Shown: in pieces, positions 1 through 9,757 of the stretch
Position numbering within the stretch: position 1 is the stretch's first letter
Layout of the letters: every line of letters starts with the position of its first letter
Source: Nitrospirota bacterium
GTDB taxonomy: Bacteria > Nitrospirota > UBA9217
Direction: 5' to 3'
DNA length: 64,000 nucleotides
Assembly: GCA_963751455.1 (NCBI GenBank)
Contig: CAVVUN010000008.1
Location: 96,001-160,000 of the forward strand
Made by a program: the position numbers and the translations under genes
The notes under the pieces: generated by a model
The model's database searches: none
What the model saw: the letters and a program-made list of their open reading frames with translations, nothing else
What the model was told of the DNA's origin: nothing

Positions 1-158
1 TGGTATTCAGTTCATCCCACCTCCTCGCTTTTAAATCTGACGTTTTTTGGTCGATCGACCGCAATAATGCCGTTCTCTTTACGGGACAGGGTAGGCAGCT
101 TCCAGAGAGCAATCCACTTTAACCTTGACCATCCTTTCTTTCTCAATTAAACTGAATA

Positions 159-2249
159 ATGTTCGAAACGCTCTTCAACCCCGGGTCTATCACGGTCATC
201 GGAGCCTCACAGGATACGAAAAAGGTCGGCCACGCGGTTCTTGATAACCTGAAAAAGTTCAATTACCCGGGCAAGCTCTATCCCGTAAATCCCGCGGGAG
301 GAGAGATACTCGGCCTCAAAACGTACCCGAATCTGAAGGAAACGGGAGCTCGCATAGATCTCGCTGTCATTGCTATTCCGGCCCGCATGGTGCATCAGGC
401 CCTCATCGACTGCTCGCAAGCTGGAATCGGATCGGCGGTCATTTTAAGCGCTGGGTTCAAGGAAGCGGGCAAGGACGGCACGCTCCTCGAGGAAGATTTG
501 AAGAAGATCGTGAGAGAGCGGAACATCCGCATCCTCGGTCCCAACTGTCTCGGCCTGATCAATACCGCGAACAACATGAATGCCACATTTGCGGCTGACA
601 TGCTGCCGAAAGGCGGGATCGGCTTCTTCTCACAATCCGGTGCAATGGGTATTGCGATCATGGACTGGGCGATCGGAAACGAGATCGGGTTCTCGAAGTT
701 CATAAGCCTGGGTAATAAGGCGGACCTTTCGGAGATCGATTTCATAGAATACTTTATGAACGACCCCGATACGAGCCTGATTCTGGGCTATATCGAAGAC
801 GTTGTGGACGGCAAGCGGTTCATGCAGGTGGCCGAAAGGGCCAGCAGGGTAAAACCGATAATCTTGCTGAAGTCAGGCGGCACCGAGGCGGGCGCACGCG
901 CCGCCTCGTCCCATACGGGTGCGCTGGCCGGTTCCGATGTCGCGTTCGACGCGGCGTTTCGTCAAACCGGGGTGATGAGGGCCGAAGGCGTACAGGACCT
1001 GTTCGATACGGCAATGGCTTTCCTGGAAGGAAAAATTCCGGCAGGCAACCGCCTTCTCATTGTTACGAACGCGGGCGGACCCGGTATCATCGCCGCTGAC
1101 GCAGCCGAGCGGTTCGGGATTGCGCTTCCGTATATGACCAGGGAAAGCATCGAGGCGATGGCCGGGAAGCTCCCTTCGAATGCTTCCGTCTATAACCCCG
1201 TTGACGTCATCGGTGACGCAACATCGGAGCGGTATGCTGTGGTCCTGGACCAGGCGCTGATAGATCCGAACGTGGACGCTATCCTCGTTATCCTTACCCC
1301 TCAGGCGATGACGGACAGCGAGAAAACTGCCGAGGTAATCATCAGGACCGCTCAGGGAGCGAAAAAGCCGATCATTACCTCCTTCATGGGTGAGGCCAGG
1401 GTGCGGTCTGCGATAAATAAGCTCAAAAAAAGCTCAATACCCAATTTTTCGTATCCGGAACTGGCTGTCAAATCCTTCAAACGTCTCGTAAATTACAGCA
1501 CCTGGAAGAACTACATCGCAGAGGAGCTTCCGAGCTGCTGGCACAACTTCGATGCTGCACATGATACGGTTACCTCGATTTTAAAATCAGGCGTTTACCA
1601 GGTCGGCGAAGAAGATGCAATGAATATACTTACCTTTTACGGCTTTCAGTTCCCCCGCCGCGCCCTTGCCGTGACTTCCCGGGACGCGGTCCGAATAGCT
1701 TCGAAGATCGGCTTCCCGGTTGCTTTGAAAATATCTTCGCCGGACATCCTGCACAAAACCGAAGTGGGTGGTGTGCGGGTGAATGTAAAAACGCCGAACG
1801 AGGTTGAGGAAGCCTTTACGGAGATCACATCGAATGCCAGGCGGATCATGGCGGACGCTTACATAAAGGGCGTGATGGTGTACGAAATGGTTAAGGGCGG
1901 CAAAGAAGTCATTCTCGGCGTAACGTATGACCGCACTTTTGGACACATGATCATGTTCGGTCTCGGCGGCATTTATGTGGAGGTACTGAAAGACGTCTCC
2001 TTCAGGATCGTGCCCGTGAAGCGCCGTGACGCCGTTGCGATGGTGAACGAGATCAGGACCGCGGCCCTTCTCCACGGCACCCGCGGCGAGCGGCCGGCGG
2101 ACACGAATGCCATCGCCGGCTATATTGTGAATCTCTCGTGTCTGGTTTCCGACTTCCCGGAAATCCAGGAGTTGGACATCAACCCGCTGGTCGTGAAGGA
2201 GCAGGGTGCGATAGCTCTGGATGCGAGGATTATCTTCAAGCAGCCGTGA
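159..2249 (+). CDS. ADP-forming acetate/acyl-CoA ligase, fused alpha/beta (CoA-binding, ligase and ATP-grasp domains)
   Basis: 696 aa; N-terminal CoA-binding fold (VIGAS...GPNCLG), phospho-His motif AASSHTGALAG, NPVDVIGDA, C-terminal ATP-grasp (HKTEVGGV, ELDINPL). No GNAT domain. Confidence 0.9.
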   Translation: MFETLFNPGSITVIGASQDTKKVGHAVLDNLKKFNYPGKLYPVNPAGGEILGLKTYPNLKETGARIDLAVIAIPARMVHQALIDCSQAGIGSAVILSAGFKEAGKDGTLLEEDLKKIVRERNIRILGPNCLGLINTANNMNATFAADMLPKGGIGFFSQSGAMGIAIMDWAIGNEIGFSKFISLGNKADLSEIDFIEYFMNDPDTSLILGYIEDVVDGKRFMQVAERASRVKPIILLKSGGTEAGARAASSHTGALAGSDVAFDAAFRQTGVMRAEGVQDLFDTAMAFLEGKIPAGNRLLIVTNAGGPGIIAADAAERFGIALPYMTRESIEAMAGKLPSNASVYNPVDVIGDATSERYAVVLDQALIDPNVDAILVILTPQAMTDSEKTAEVIIRTAQGAKKPIITSFMGEARVRSAINKLKKSSIPNFSYPELAVKSFKRLVNYSTWKNYIAEELPSCWHNFDAAHDTVTSILKSGVYQVGEEDAMNILTFYGFQFPRRALAVTSRDAVRIASKIGFPVALKISSPDILHKTEVGGVRVNVKTPNEVEEAFTEITSNARRIMADAYIKGVMVYEMVKGGKEVILGVTYDRTFGHMIMFGLGGIYVEVLKDVSFRIVPVKRRDAVAMVNEIRTAALLHGTRGERPADTNAIAGYIVNLSCLVSDFPEIQELDINPLVVKEQGAIALDARIIFKQP

Positions 2250-2260
2250 TGAGTCTATTT

Positions 2261-2447
2261 CGGAATGCGGAGTGCGGAATAAACAGAACCATATAATTCT
2301 TTTCAAGCTCGTTATGAGAAAAGCGACGATACACGGAATTTGTCAGGGAGTTCGGGTAAGGAGTCTTTGCTTCTCACTCCGCGCCCCCAATCCGCCTGCG
2401 CCCAGCGCTTACGAGTGCTCAGCGCGAGTGCAGGTGAATTCCGCAAT
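2261..2447. repeat. Period-7 inverted repeat (TGCGGAR arms) with a nested REP-like palindrome
   Basis: Left arm CGGAATGCGGAGTGCGGAAT at 2261-2280. The complementary arm ACTCCGC...ATCCGC / ATTCCGCAAT at about 2376-2447 is interrupted by a 40-bp palindromic element at 2395-2434. Confidence 0.6.
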
Positions 2448-2464
2448 CGATCAAGGAGGTTTCC

Positions 2465-3520
2465 ATGATTCCCATATTCGTCGGGTCTAATTCCGGATAT
2501 GCAGGAAGGACCTTTATTGCTCTCGGCCTTTTGATGAAGCTGCTGGAGCAGGGGTACCAAACCGGATATATCAAGCCCTTCGGCAAGACGCCCGTGAAAA
2601 AAGGCAAGGCGGTGTACGACGCGGACGCGCTCTTCATCAAAGAGACGCTGGGGCTGGAAGAGCCGCTCGAAGTGATTTCGCCGTTTGTCCGCACCTATGA
2701 GACCGAGACCCTGCTGATCGAGGGAAAGATCAGGGACATGAAACGGCGGGTGATGACCGCATATAAAACCCTCAAGAAGAAGGACTTCGTGATCATCAGC
2801 GGGGCCGGAGATTTCTTCGAGGGCTCTCTTCTCGGGATGAATGCCCTTGCGCTGATTGAGGACATGAAGGCCCATCTGGTAATGGTTGAGCCCTGGCGGG
2901 GGGAAGCTTCCGCGGATTCTCTGTTCGGCTCTGCGAAGGTCTTCGGCGACCGGTTTGCAGGCGGCGTCATCAACAAGGTGCCGTCGAACACCGTGGAGCA
3001 CGTAAAAGAAACGATACGGCCGTTCCTGGAGAAAAAAGGCGTTAAGATTTTCGGCGTCTTTGGAAAGGAGCGGGTATTGGAGGCCGTCACCGTGCGCCAG
3101 CTCGTTGAAATATTGAGCGGCAAGGTTGTCTGCTGCGACGGGCGCCTTGACGAGTACGTAGAGAATTATTCTATCGGCGCCATGGACGTAGATACGGCGC
3201 TCAACTATTTCAGGCGGATTCCGAACAAGGCCGTGATTACCGGCGCCCACCGCTCGGACATTCAGCTGGCGGCAATGGAGACGTCTACCAAGTGCATCAT
3301 CCTGACCGGCGGGCTGCAGACCAATGATGTGGTCGTCGGAAAAGCTCAGGCAAAAAATATCCCGATCATCTCCGTTGCCGATGACACCTTCAGTGCTGTG
3401 GAGAAAATCGAAGGGGGCATGGGCAAAACGAATATCCGGGACAAGTGGAAAGTCGCCCGGGTGAAAGAGTTGATGGACATCGAGTTCGACATGAAGCGGT
3501 TTTTAAGAAGCGTGAAATAA
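2465..3520 (+). CDS. Phosphotransacetylase N-terminal-like protein (BioD-like P-loop plus DRTGG domain), no catalytic PTA domain
   Basis: 351 aa; GSNSGYAGRT, GYIKPFG, VITGAHRSDIQLAA and IILTGG motifs; directly follows the acyl-CoA ligase. Confidence 0.8.
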   Translation: MIPIFVGSNSGYAGRTFIALGLLMKLLEQGYQTGYIKPFGKTPVKKGKAVYDADALFIKETLGLEEPLEVISPFVRTYETETLLIEGKIRDMKRRVMTAYKTLKKKDFVIISGAGDFFEGSLLGMNALALIEDMKAHLVMVEPWRGEASADSLFGSAKVFGDRFAGGVINKVPSNTVEHVKETIRPFLEKKGVKIFGVFGKERVLEAVTVRQLVEILSGKVVCCDGRLDEYVENYSIGAMDVDTALNYFRRIPNKAVITGAHRSDIQLAAMETSTKCIILTGGLQTNDVVVGKAQAKNIPIISVADDTFSAVEKIEGGMGKTNIRDKWKVARVKELMDIEFDMKRFLRSVK

Positions 3521-3525
3521 AAATT

Positions 3526-3767
3526 TTTGCCGCCGAGAACACAGAGAGCACAGAGAAAGGCTGAACCGATATTTAGGACGCAGATCTTCGCAGATTGGCG
3601 CAGATTAAAAGCTTGATTTTTTTGCGTCTACCTTAAATCCGATTTTTCCGGTCTTATCTGCGTCCGAATGTTTCTTTATATTTTCCTCCGTGAACTCTGC
3701 CTGCACCCAATGCCTTCGAGTGCTCAGCGCGAGAATGGAGTGTGCAGGGCGTGTCCTCTGTGGCAAA
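3526..3767. repeat. Nested periodic inverted-repeat element (CACAGAG arms enclosing CGCAGAT arms, plus a REP-like insertion)
   Basis: Outer arms TTTGCCGCCGAGAACACAGAGAGCACAGAG and CTCCGTGAACTCTG..GTGTCCTCTGTGGCAAA; inner arms GGACGCAGAT.. and ..ATCTGCGTCC; REP-like palindrome at 3700-3748. Confidence 0.7.
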
Positions 3768-3779
3768 CAGGAGGTTTTA

Positions 3780-5285
3780 ATGTCTGAGAAATCGATTATC
3801 ATTATCGGCGGCGGAATCGCCGGGCTCTCGGCCGGTTGCTACGGCAGGATGAACGGACTCAGGACGCGCATCTTCGAGATGCATTCGAAACCGGGAGGCC
3901 TGTGCACCAGTTGGAAAAGGCAAGGTTTCGTCGTGAACGGGTGCGTTCACTGGCTTGTAGGTTCGGGTCCAAAATCAAATTTTTACGGACTGTGGAACGA
4001 CCTCGGGGCGCTGCAAGGCAAGCTCATCATCGACCATGAGGAATACGGACGAGTCGAGAGCGTTGATGGAAAAACATTGATCGTCTATACCGATGTCGAC
4101 AGGCTTGAGAAGCACATGAAGGAGATAGCGCCTGAAGATGCTCAGCTCATTGATGAGTTCATCGGAGCCGTGCGCACCTGCATGCGATATGAACCGCCGC
4201 TTGAAAAGGCTCCGGAACTGTTCGGTTTTTTTGACGTTCTCAAAATGATCGTGACTAAATTTCCGCTGCTACGGATCCTTTCCAAGTGGAACAAGATCTC
4301 TCTTAAGGAATATGGCAAACGATTTAAAAATCCTCTCCTGCGCGACGCCTTCCCGCTCCTTTTCATGCCGGATTTTCCGATGACATTTATGCTCATGACA
4401 TTCGCCTGGATGCACAACAAAGCCTCCGGTTACCCTGTTGGCGGTTCGCTCGAGCTCAGCCGGTCGATTGAAAAGCGATATTTGTCCCTCGGCGGAGAGA
4501 TCACGTACAGGGCCCGGGTGAGAAAGATCGTGGTTGAGAACGGGAAAACCGTCGGCATCAGGCTCGAAGACGGGACCGAGCACCGGGCTGATTACGTTAT
4601 CTCCGCCGCTGACGGGCATACCACTATATTCGAGATGCTAGACGGAAAGTACGTGGATGACACCATTAAAGGTTATTATGAGAAACTTATTCTCTTCCCA
4701 CCGCTTATGTATATTGCACTCGGCGTAAACAGGACCTTCGCTGAAATTGCGCCGTCTGCCGGGGGCATCGCCATGGAGCTTTCGGAACCCCTGAACATCG
4801 GCGGCGTCGAGCAGAAATACCTGGGTGTTCTGATCTACAATTTCGACCCCACGCTCGCACCGCTCGGGAAAACGCTCCTTATCGTCATGCTTCAGACGGA
4901 TTTCGCATTCTGGAAGAATCTGCGGCCGAACGACACAGCATACAAGGCCGAGAAGGAGAATATCGCGGACCGTGTTGTGGCCCTGCTCGATAAACGGTTT
5001 CCCGGGCTTGCAGGCCAGGTTGAGATGCGGGACGTAGCATCACCGACGACCTTTGTGCGGTATACCGGCAACTGGCAGGGGAGCTTCGAGGGCTGGCAGG
5101 TAACGCCCGATACCTGGCGCTTCGGCAAATTGATGAAAAAAACGCTGCCCGGCCTCGGAAACTTTTACATGGCGGGCCACTGGGTCGAGCCGGGAGGGGG
5201 ACTGCCTGCGGCAGCAATGTCGGGGAGGAACGTCATCCAGATCATCTGCAAAAAAGAAAAGAAGAAGTTTCAGACTACAAAATAA
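3780..5285 (+). CDS. FAD-dependent oxidoreductase, phytoene desaturase (CrtI)-like family
   Basis: ATG at 3780 after a GGAGG RBS; IIIGGGIAGL Rossmann motif, PGGLCTSWKR, C-terminal YMAGHWVEPGGGLP. Confidence 0.85.
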   Translation: MSEKSIIIIGGGIAGLSAGCYGRMNGLRTRIFEMHSKPGGLCTSWKRQGFVVNGCVHWLVGSGPKSNFYGLWNDLGALQGKLIIDHEEYGRVESVDGKTLIVYTDVDRLEKHMKEIAPEDAQLIDEFIGAVRTCMRYEPPLEKAPELFGFFDVLKMIVTKFPLLRILSKWNKISLKEYGKRFKNPLLRDAFPLLFMPDFPMTFMLMTFAWMHNKASGYPVGGSLELSRSIEKRYLSLGGEITYRARVRKIVVENGKTVGIRLEDGTEHRADYVISAADGHTTIFEMLDGKYVDDTIKGYYEKLILFPPLMYIALGVNRTFAEIAPSAGGIAMELSEPLNIGGVEQKYLGVLIYNFDPTLAPLGKTLLIVMLQTDFAFWKNLRPNDTAYKAEKENIADRVVALLDKRFPGLAGQVEMRDVASPTTFVRYTGNWQGSFEGWQVTPDTWRFGKLMKKTLPGLGNFYMAGHWVEPGGGLPAAAMSGRNVIQIICKKEKKKFQTTK

Positions 5286-5358
5286 GGGGTCAGTCGGCTC
5301 GCTCCAAAAAGTAGAAACTCCTTGATATCTCACGCTCGATTCTATACAATTAGTTATC

Positions 5359-5790
5359 ATGACCCGCTTTACTGAAAAAAGATTTTTGCCGAAACAGTCA
5401 ATCGGACCCGATGAGAAAGAACGGTTAACAGCGGCTATCGCGGCTCGGCTGTCAACGGAAGAAAATATAGTCTTTGCGTATCTTCACGGGTCTTTTGAAA
5501 CCGACAAATCGTTTCGGGATATAGATGTTGCAATATATGTGACCGCAACGGCAACAATCGATTACGAATCCGATATGTCGCTCAAGCTTTCCGCCGCCAT
5601 AGGACGTGAAGTGGAAGTCAAAATCATCAACAATTCGCCGGTTGCTTTCCAGATGGCGCCCCTTCAACACGGGCGGCTTCTCTTCAGCCGGAATGAGGAT
5701 GCCAGGACCGATTTTTTAGAGTCTGTAGGCAGAAGATATCGTGAGTATGCTCATTTCAGGAATATCTTCATGGAGGCCGGTCAGTGCTGA
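5359..5790 (+). CDS. Minimal nucleotidyltransferase (MNT/MntA-type antitoxin)
   Basis: 143 aa; YLHGSF...RDIDVAI signature; overlaps the start of a HEPN gene. Confidence 0.85.
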   Translation: MTRFTEKRFLPKQSIGPDEKERLTAAIAARLSTEENIVFAYLHGSFETDKSFRDIDVAIYVTATATIDYESDMSLKLSAAIGREVEVKIINNSPVAFQMAPLQHGRLLFSRNEDARTDFLESVGRRYREYAHFRNIFMEAGQC

Positions 5791-6213
5791 ACCATGACAG
5801 AATTGCCAAAAGCACGGCTGATCTTCTTTCCTCTAAGTCCGAGATCTAAAAGATAGTTCAATATCGGCAAAGAGAGCTTCCTGTCGGACAAGAAAAATGC
5901 GCTCGCGGTAAAATATCTCCTGATAGAGGCTGTTGAGGCAATAGCGGACATTTGCCAGCACATACTTGCAAAAATAAAAGGCGTGGTTTGCAGCGGTTAT
6001 GTCGACTGCATCGTTAACGCAGGAGAAAGCGGTATAATCCTTCCCGAGCTGTCGAATAAGCTTCGCAAGCTCGCGGATTTACGTAACAGTCTGATTCACC
6101 GGTACTGGATCATCAATGACGAAGAGCTTTTCACACAGTGCCGCGCCAATATCAATGATCTCAGCGCATTCACTTCTCAAATAGCCGCCTTCATCTCCAG
6201 TCAGAAGAGCTGA
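5784..6213 (+). pseudogene. Disrupted DUF86/HEPN (HepT-type) RNase toxin
   Basis: GTG at 5784 reads VLNHDRIAKSTADLLSSKSEI and then hits TAA at 5847-5849. HEPN sequence continues in another frame from 5857 (KYLLIEAVEAIADICQHIL...LRNSLIHRYW, the R-X4-H motif). Confidence 0.8.
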
Positions 6214-6221
6214 TAAGTGTC

Positions 6222-7736
6222 TCAACGCAGCACTACCAATTCCACCGGATCGGAAACGTCCTTCACTGTGTCGATCTTGCTCAGAATCTTCCGGACCATT
6301 TCCTTGTCGATCTCAGCGATCATGTCCTTGATCAGGCCGTCCTGGTCCGCCAGCTCCCTTCGCGCTCTCATCAACTTCAGGAGATTGTCGGGTATCGCGG
6401 TGTTGGAACCGTATTCAGAGGTAATATCGGCGTACGTGACGCTGTCGCTCCTTTTGGAGCTTATGTTGTGCATGACGATCTGCTCGCCAGATGAGACAGA
6501 GACGACCTTGATCGAGCCGGCCAGCGCGACGTTCAGTTTTGCGGTATGCTGAGCATAGCTGATCGTGACGTCCCGCCAGCACGTTCCCTCGTACGGGCCT
6601 TTCCTGCCCTGCCTGGTGCACGAGTAGGATTCCTGGCCCCCTGTCTTCAAATATTGCACGTTTTCCTTCGGCTGATCGACATGTACCTGGGTGAGTTTGC
6701 CGAAGATCAAATAGTGCACGCCCTTCAGTTGCTTGAACGTCGCATAATCATCAGTGATCCCGCTCATACCCAGCTTCTGTTCCCCCATAACCGCAGCCAA
6801 CTCGTCCCGGTCGATCGTGCGGATGAACTGACTTGCCTGGCCCTGCAATTTCGATTTTATATCGTCGAGAATAAAGTCCCCGACCGACATGCCGGAGACG
6901 TTTCTGTGCGTCGGATTGTCGAATCTCACGAATGCTATCTTCGAAACCGAACATGCCTCGGCTTCGTTCATCTTTGCCGAAATGTCCTTGAATGAGGCGT
7001 TGATCCTGGACGCCGCGCTTAAGTCATTGTACGCGTTTCTGCAAAGGTTCTTCTTGAGAAAGGAAAGACCAAGGGAGTAATAGAGGCTCGTTGCTTTATC
7101 GGCTGCGTCTTTATACCCGCTCATTGTCTCGTTCGAGTGATTATAATTCTCTGCGGCGTCGCGCCAGCTTTTCTGGGTTTGCGCCGCTGCTGCGAGCCGG
7201 TAATACGATTCCGCGATCTTCTCCGTGCAATCCTTGTAGGGATCGTTATGCTTCAAGGCATTTTTATATAGCGTAATCGCGTTAGAATAGTTCGCACCGG
7301 TGAAATACTGCTCTGCGTCTTTATAATATTTGTCCGAAGCGGCTGTTTTCATCTCCGACGCCTTTTGGCCCGCGTTGATGGCGGCGAAATTCAGGCAATT
7401 ATGCCGCGAAAGGCCATCAATAAACGACTGAAGCTCCTGGTATTGCGGCAGCGCCGACTCGAAATCCGAGGTTTTCTCATAACCTGCCGCGATTTCGTAT
7501 TTTTGGTCATACGCCTGCCTCGCGGTCTGACAAAGCTTCAGCTTCGCGTCCTTATGGTCCGCTTCGAGCCGAAGCGCATACAAATACTGCTGAGACGCGG
7601 CGTAGTAATTCTTCATTTCGAGCAGTTCATCCCCATGCTTTACCGCCTGGTACGCCGGTCCACAGCCGAAAACCAGACCGAGAAAAAGACTGGTCATCCC
7701 AAATCTCCAAACTGTTTCGACACGAAACACGCTCAT
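6222..7736 (-). CDS. TPR-repeat lipoprotein with a C-terminal CsgG/HfaB-like domain
   Basis: Lipobox VFGC; helical TPR-like repeats; KIAFVRFDN...IDRDELAAVMGEQKLGMSG...YLIFGKL segment resembles CsgG/LpoB-like folds. Confidence 0.65.
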   Translation of the reverse strand: MSVFRVETVWRFGMTSLFLGLVFGCGPAYQAVKHGDELLEMKNYYAASQQYLYALRLEADHKDAKLKLCQTARQAYDQKYEIAAGYEKTSDFESALPQYQELQSFIDGLSRHNCLNFAAINAGQKASEMKTAASDKYYKDAEQYFTGANYSNAITLYKNALKHNDPYKDCTEKIAESYYRLAAAAQTQKSWRDAAENYNHSNETMSGYKDAADKATSLYYSLGLSFLKKNLCRNAYNDLSAASRINASFKDISAKMNEAEACSVSKIAFVRFDNPTHRNVSGMSVGDFILDDIKSKLQGQASQFIRTIDRDELAAVMGEQKLGMSGITDDYATFKQLKGVHYLIFGKLTQVHVDQPKENVQYLKTGGQESYSCTRQGRKGPYEGTCWRDVTISYAQHTAKLNVALAGSIKVVSVSSGEQIVMHNISSKRSDSVTYADITSEYGSNTAIPDNLLKLMRARRELADQDGLIKDMIAEIDKEMVRKILSKIDTVKDVSDPVELVVLR

Positions 7737-7810
7737 GGTTCCTCCTTAAAGTACTTTACAGACCAATATCTGAAATATTGAGTTTGAGAGTCAAAAACCA
7801 AAACCCAATT

Positions 7811-7965
7811 TTCACACAAAGCCACAGAGCCACAAAGAAAAGCGTTTGATCTTAGAGGTTACGATTCATTTTTTTTATTTTTCTTCGTGGCTTCGTGTCT
7901 CCGTGCGAGACTGGTTTTAAAGGCTTTTGTTTTTGCTTCATCGGTCCGAGGCATTGCCTCGTTAA
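7811..7965. repeat. Periodic inverted-repeat element with a 3' tail shared with the 13.7 kb copy
   Basis: Arms CACACAAAGCCACAGAGCCACAAAG and CTTCGTGGCTTCGTGTCTCCGTGCGAGA. Tail TTCATCGGTCCGAGGCATTGCCTCGTTAA has a near copy at about 13806-13832. Confidence 0.7.
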
Positions 7966-7984
7966 GGTTTGGCTCTTATCAGTA

Positions 7985-8215
7985 TGATGCGGCGCATAGA
8001 AAGTGGACCGGTTGACACCTGCCAGTTCGCATTGTTTGGTCAGCGCCAAGGGGTTTTTGGTATCTACCCAGTGCCGCCGGTCCGCTATAGGCTGATCCCG
8101 GACTTTTTTTTAAGCCAGTCCAGTTCCATCTTCAGCCGTCCGATCTCGGAGTAGAGCCGCTCCGAACTGGCAGCAGGATCTACCGGCGCGGGACCGCGCG
8201 TAGTGTCAAATATGC
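7985..8215 (-). mobile_element. IS3-family remnant (end of orfA, slippery site, start of orfB)
   Basis: ERLYSEIGRLKMELDWLKKKSGISL* with A-AAA-AAG heptamer at about 8103-8109, followed by LTKQCELAGVNRSTFYAP, typical of the IS3 OrfA/OrfB junction; truncated on both sides. Confidence 0.85.
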
Positions 8216-8370
8216 CCCTTGTTCCATTTGTACCGTTGCAGACATAGTTTGTGGATGTAATCTCTGATGTATCAAGAACTCCGTTATTATTCGTATCAAG
8301 CCCGGAAGTTATCTTGATCCCTCCCGCGGTGCAAGTTGTTCCCGATGGCTCGGTCGCTATCGACGTAAGC
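8216..8370 (-). pseudogene. Fragment of a surface-protein repeat, fused in frame to IS3 orfA
   Basis: TEPSGTTCTAGGIKITSGLDTNNNGVLDTSEITSTNYVCNGTNG: two Cys and a DxNxNG Ca-binding-like loop; no credible start or signal peptide. Confidence 0.6.
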
Positions 8371-8405
8371 GAGGGGACAAAAGTCAACCGCGCTCTTTAC
8401 ATGTT

Positions 8406-9242
8406 CTGCAATTCAGACAGTGTGAAGCGAAGGCAACATGGCCACGAGAGTTTTTCCATAAGTCGGGTTTTGCCAGGCTGTGAGGGTAAATACATTCAGG
8501 ATTTTTAACGTAGAAGGAAACTGTCATCTGATAAGGAGAACAAAGCCTCTTCATCAGAGCTGCTGGCTGTGTCAAGGAGTAACAGGGGTACGTGGGAGAT
8601 ACATCAATGATGCTATGGGGCGCGGGGCTTTGTAAGTTGCTCGGCCAGACTCCGGCGAAGTTTGCGGGTTTTGGCGAGGATCTTCTTGCGGGCCTTTTCG
8701 TTCAACGTGAGCACGAGTTCCTGGTGCTCAAGAGGGCTCAAGTAGGCCACATAGCGTTGGTAGAAAATGAGGATCGCCGTGGTCGTCGGACGGAGCAAAT
8801 CCAACGTCCGCGTGCGGGTTTTGGCATTCAGTTCCTCGCGCCCGATTCGGAGGAGATACCATTGGAGCAGGCTATAGGTGAGCAGAACGAAAACGACCTG
8901 ATTGACGATCGGCTGAAATCCCTTGACGTGAACGCCTCCAGGTCGGAAAAGCATTTCAGTTGGCGATGCCGTTCCTCGATCGTGGTACGCAGGGCGTAGT
9001 CCCGGCGGCCGACGGCAGGATCGTCAAGCCGCGCGGTCGAAACGAGCACCCAATAATCCTCATGCCCGTCGGCATACACCTCCTTGTTGACGACGGCGTC
9101 TAACGGGACCGGGCAGGTTGAGAAGGTCGTCAAAGCATGCACCACGGCGGTTTCGGACCGCAGGAGCGTCTTGTCCGCCGGTCGGGCCGGCGCCGGGTTC
9201 TCGGCCTTCCGTTTCGCCAAGGTGCTACTGTCTGAATTGCAG
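8406..9242 (-). mobile_element. Internally deleted IS4-superfamily element (837 bp) with TIRs and a target-site duplication
   Basis: Perfect 16-bp TIRs CTGCAATTCAGACAGT (8406-8421) and ACTGTCTGAATTGCAG (9227-9242); 10-bp direct repeat TTTACATGTT at 8396-8405 and 9243-9252. Frameshifted transposase C-terminus carries Y(2)R(3)E(6)K in YALRTTIEERHRQLK. Confidence 0.9.
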
Positions 9243-9379
9243 TTTACATGTTGGGATACAGCAGGGAATAGGTATCTTATCCGATCTGCTTTTCGGCGGT
9301 TCCACCGAGAGTCATGACGATGGGAGCGTAACGGAACGCTTTTCCGACGGCACGTCCATCACGCGTAACGGGTAGTTTA

Positions 9380-9757
9380 TTATTCGGCAAGTTGTTTTTC
9401 AATCTCGTGCAGGACTTTTTTCAAATTCATCGGGCCGGAATCTACAACCTTTTCATCCGAAAGATGGAGATGATGGGGAAAGGTTTTGACTTTCCTGTGA
9501 TGCTCGACATTATCCCAGCGCTGCACGAGCGGCCCCTTTGCGGTTTGCCAATGATAATTGTAGGTAACAATATGGACGCCGGTCCCCTTCAGCTCGACGT
9601 ATTCCGAAAATTCAAGAGTGTCGCCGTTTGAGAGGACGCATTTGACGCGGACATATCCTTCTTCGTCGCTTATTTCCTGTCGTATAATCCTGAAAGACGA
9701 TACAGCGGCGTTGACAAAAAGCTCCTGCAGTATTTCTTCAAGATAGGCACCTATCAT
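9380..9757 (-). CDS. DUF6516/TumE-like putative toxin
   Basis: Start MIGAYLEEIL overlaps the upstream stop (ATGA); YNYHW...RWDNVEHH...TFPHHLH motif. Confidence 0.7.
   Translation of the reverse strand: MIGAYLEEILQELFVNAAVSSFRIIRQEISDEEGYVRVKCVLSNGDTLEFSEYVELKGTGVHIVTYNYHWQTAKGPLVQRWDNVEHHRKVKTFPHHLHLSDEKVVDSGPMNLKKVLHEIEKQLAE

Noticed and set aside
1587-3250. Long antisense ORFs (1587-2306, 2312-3250; likewise 21945-23024 and 58795-59670)
   Set aside because: Shadow frames of well-supported genes on the opposite strand; no motifs of their own.
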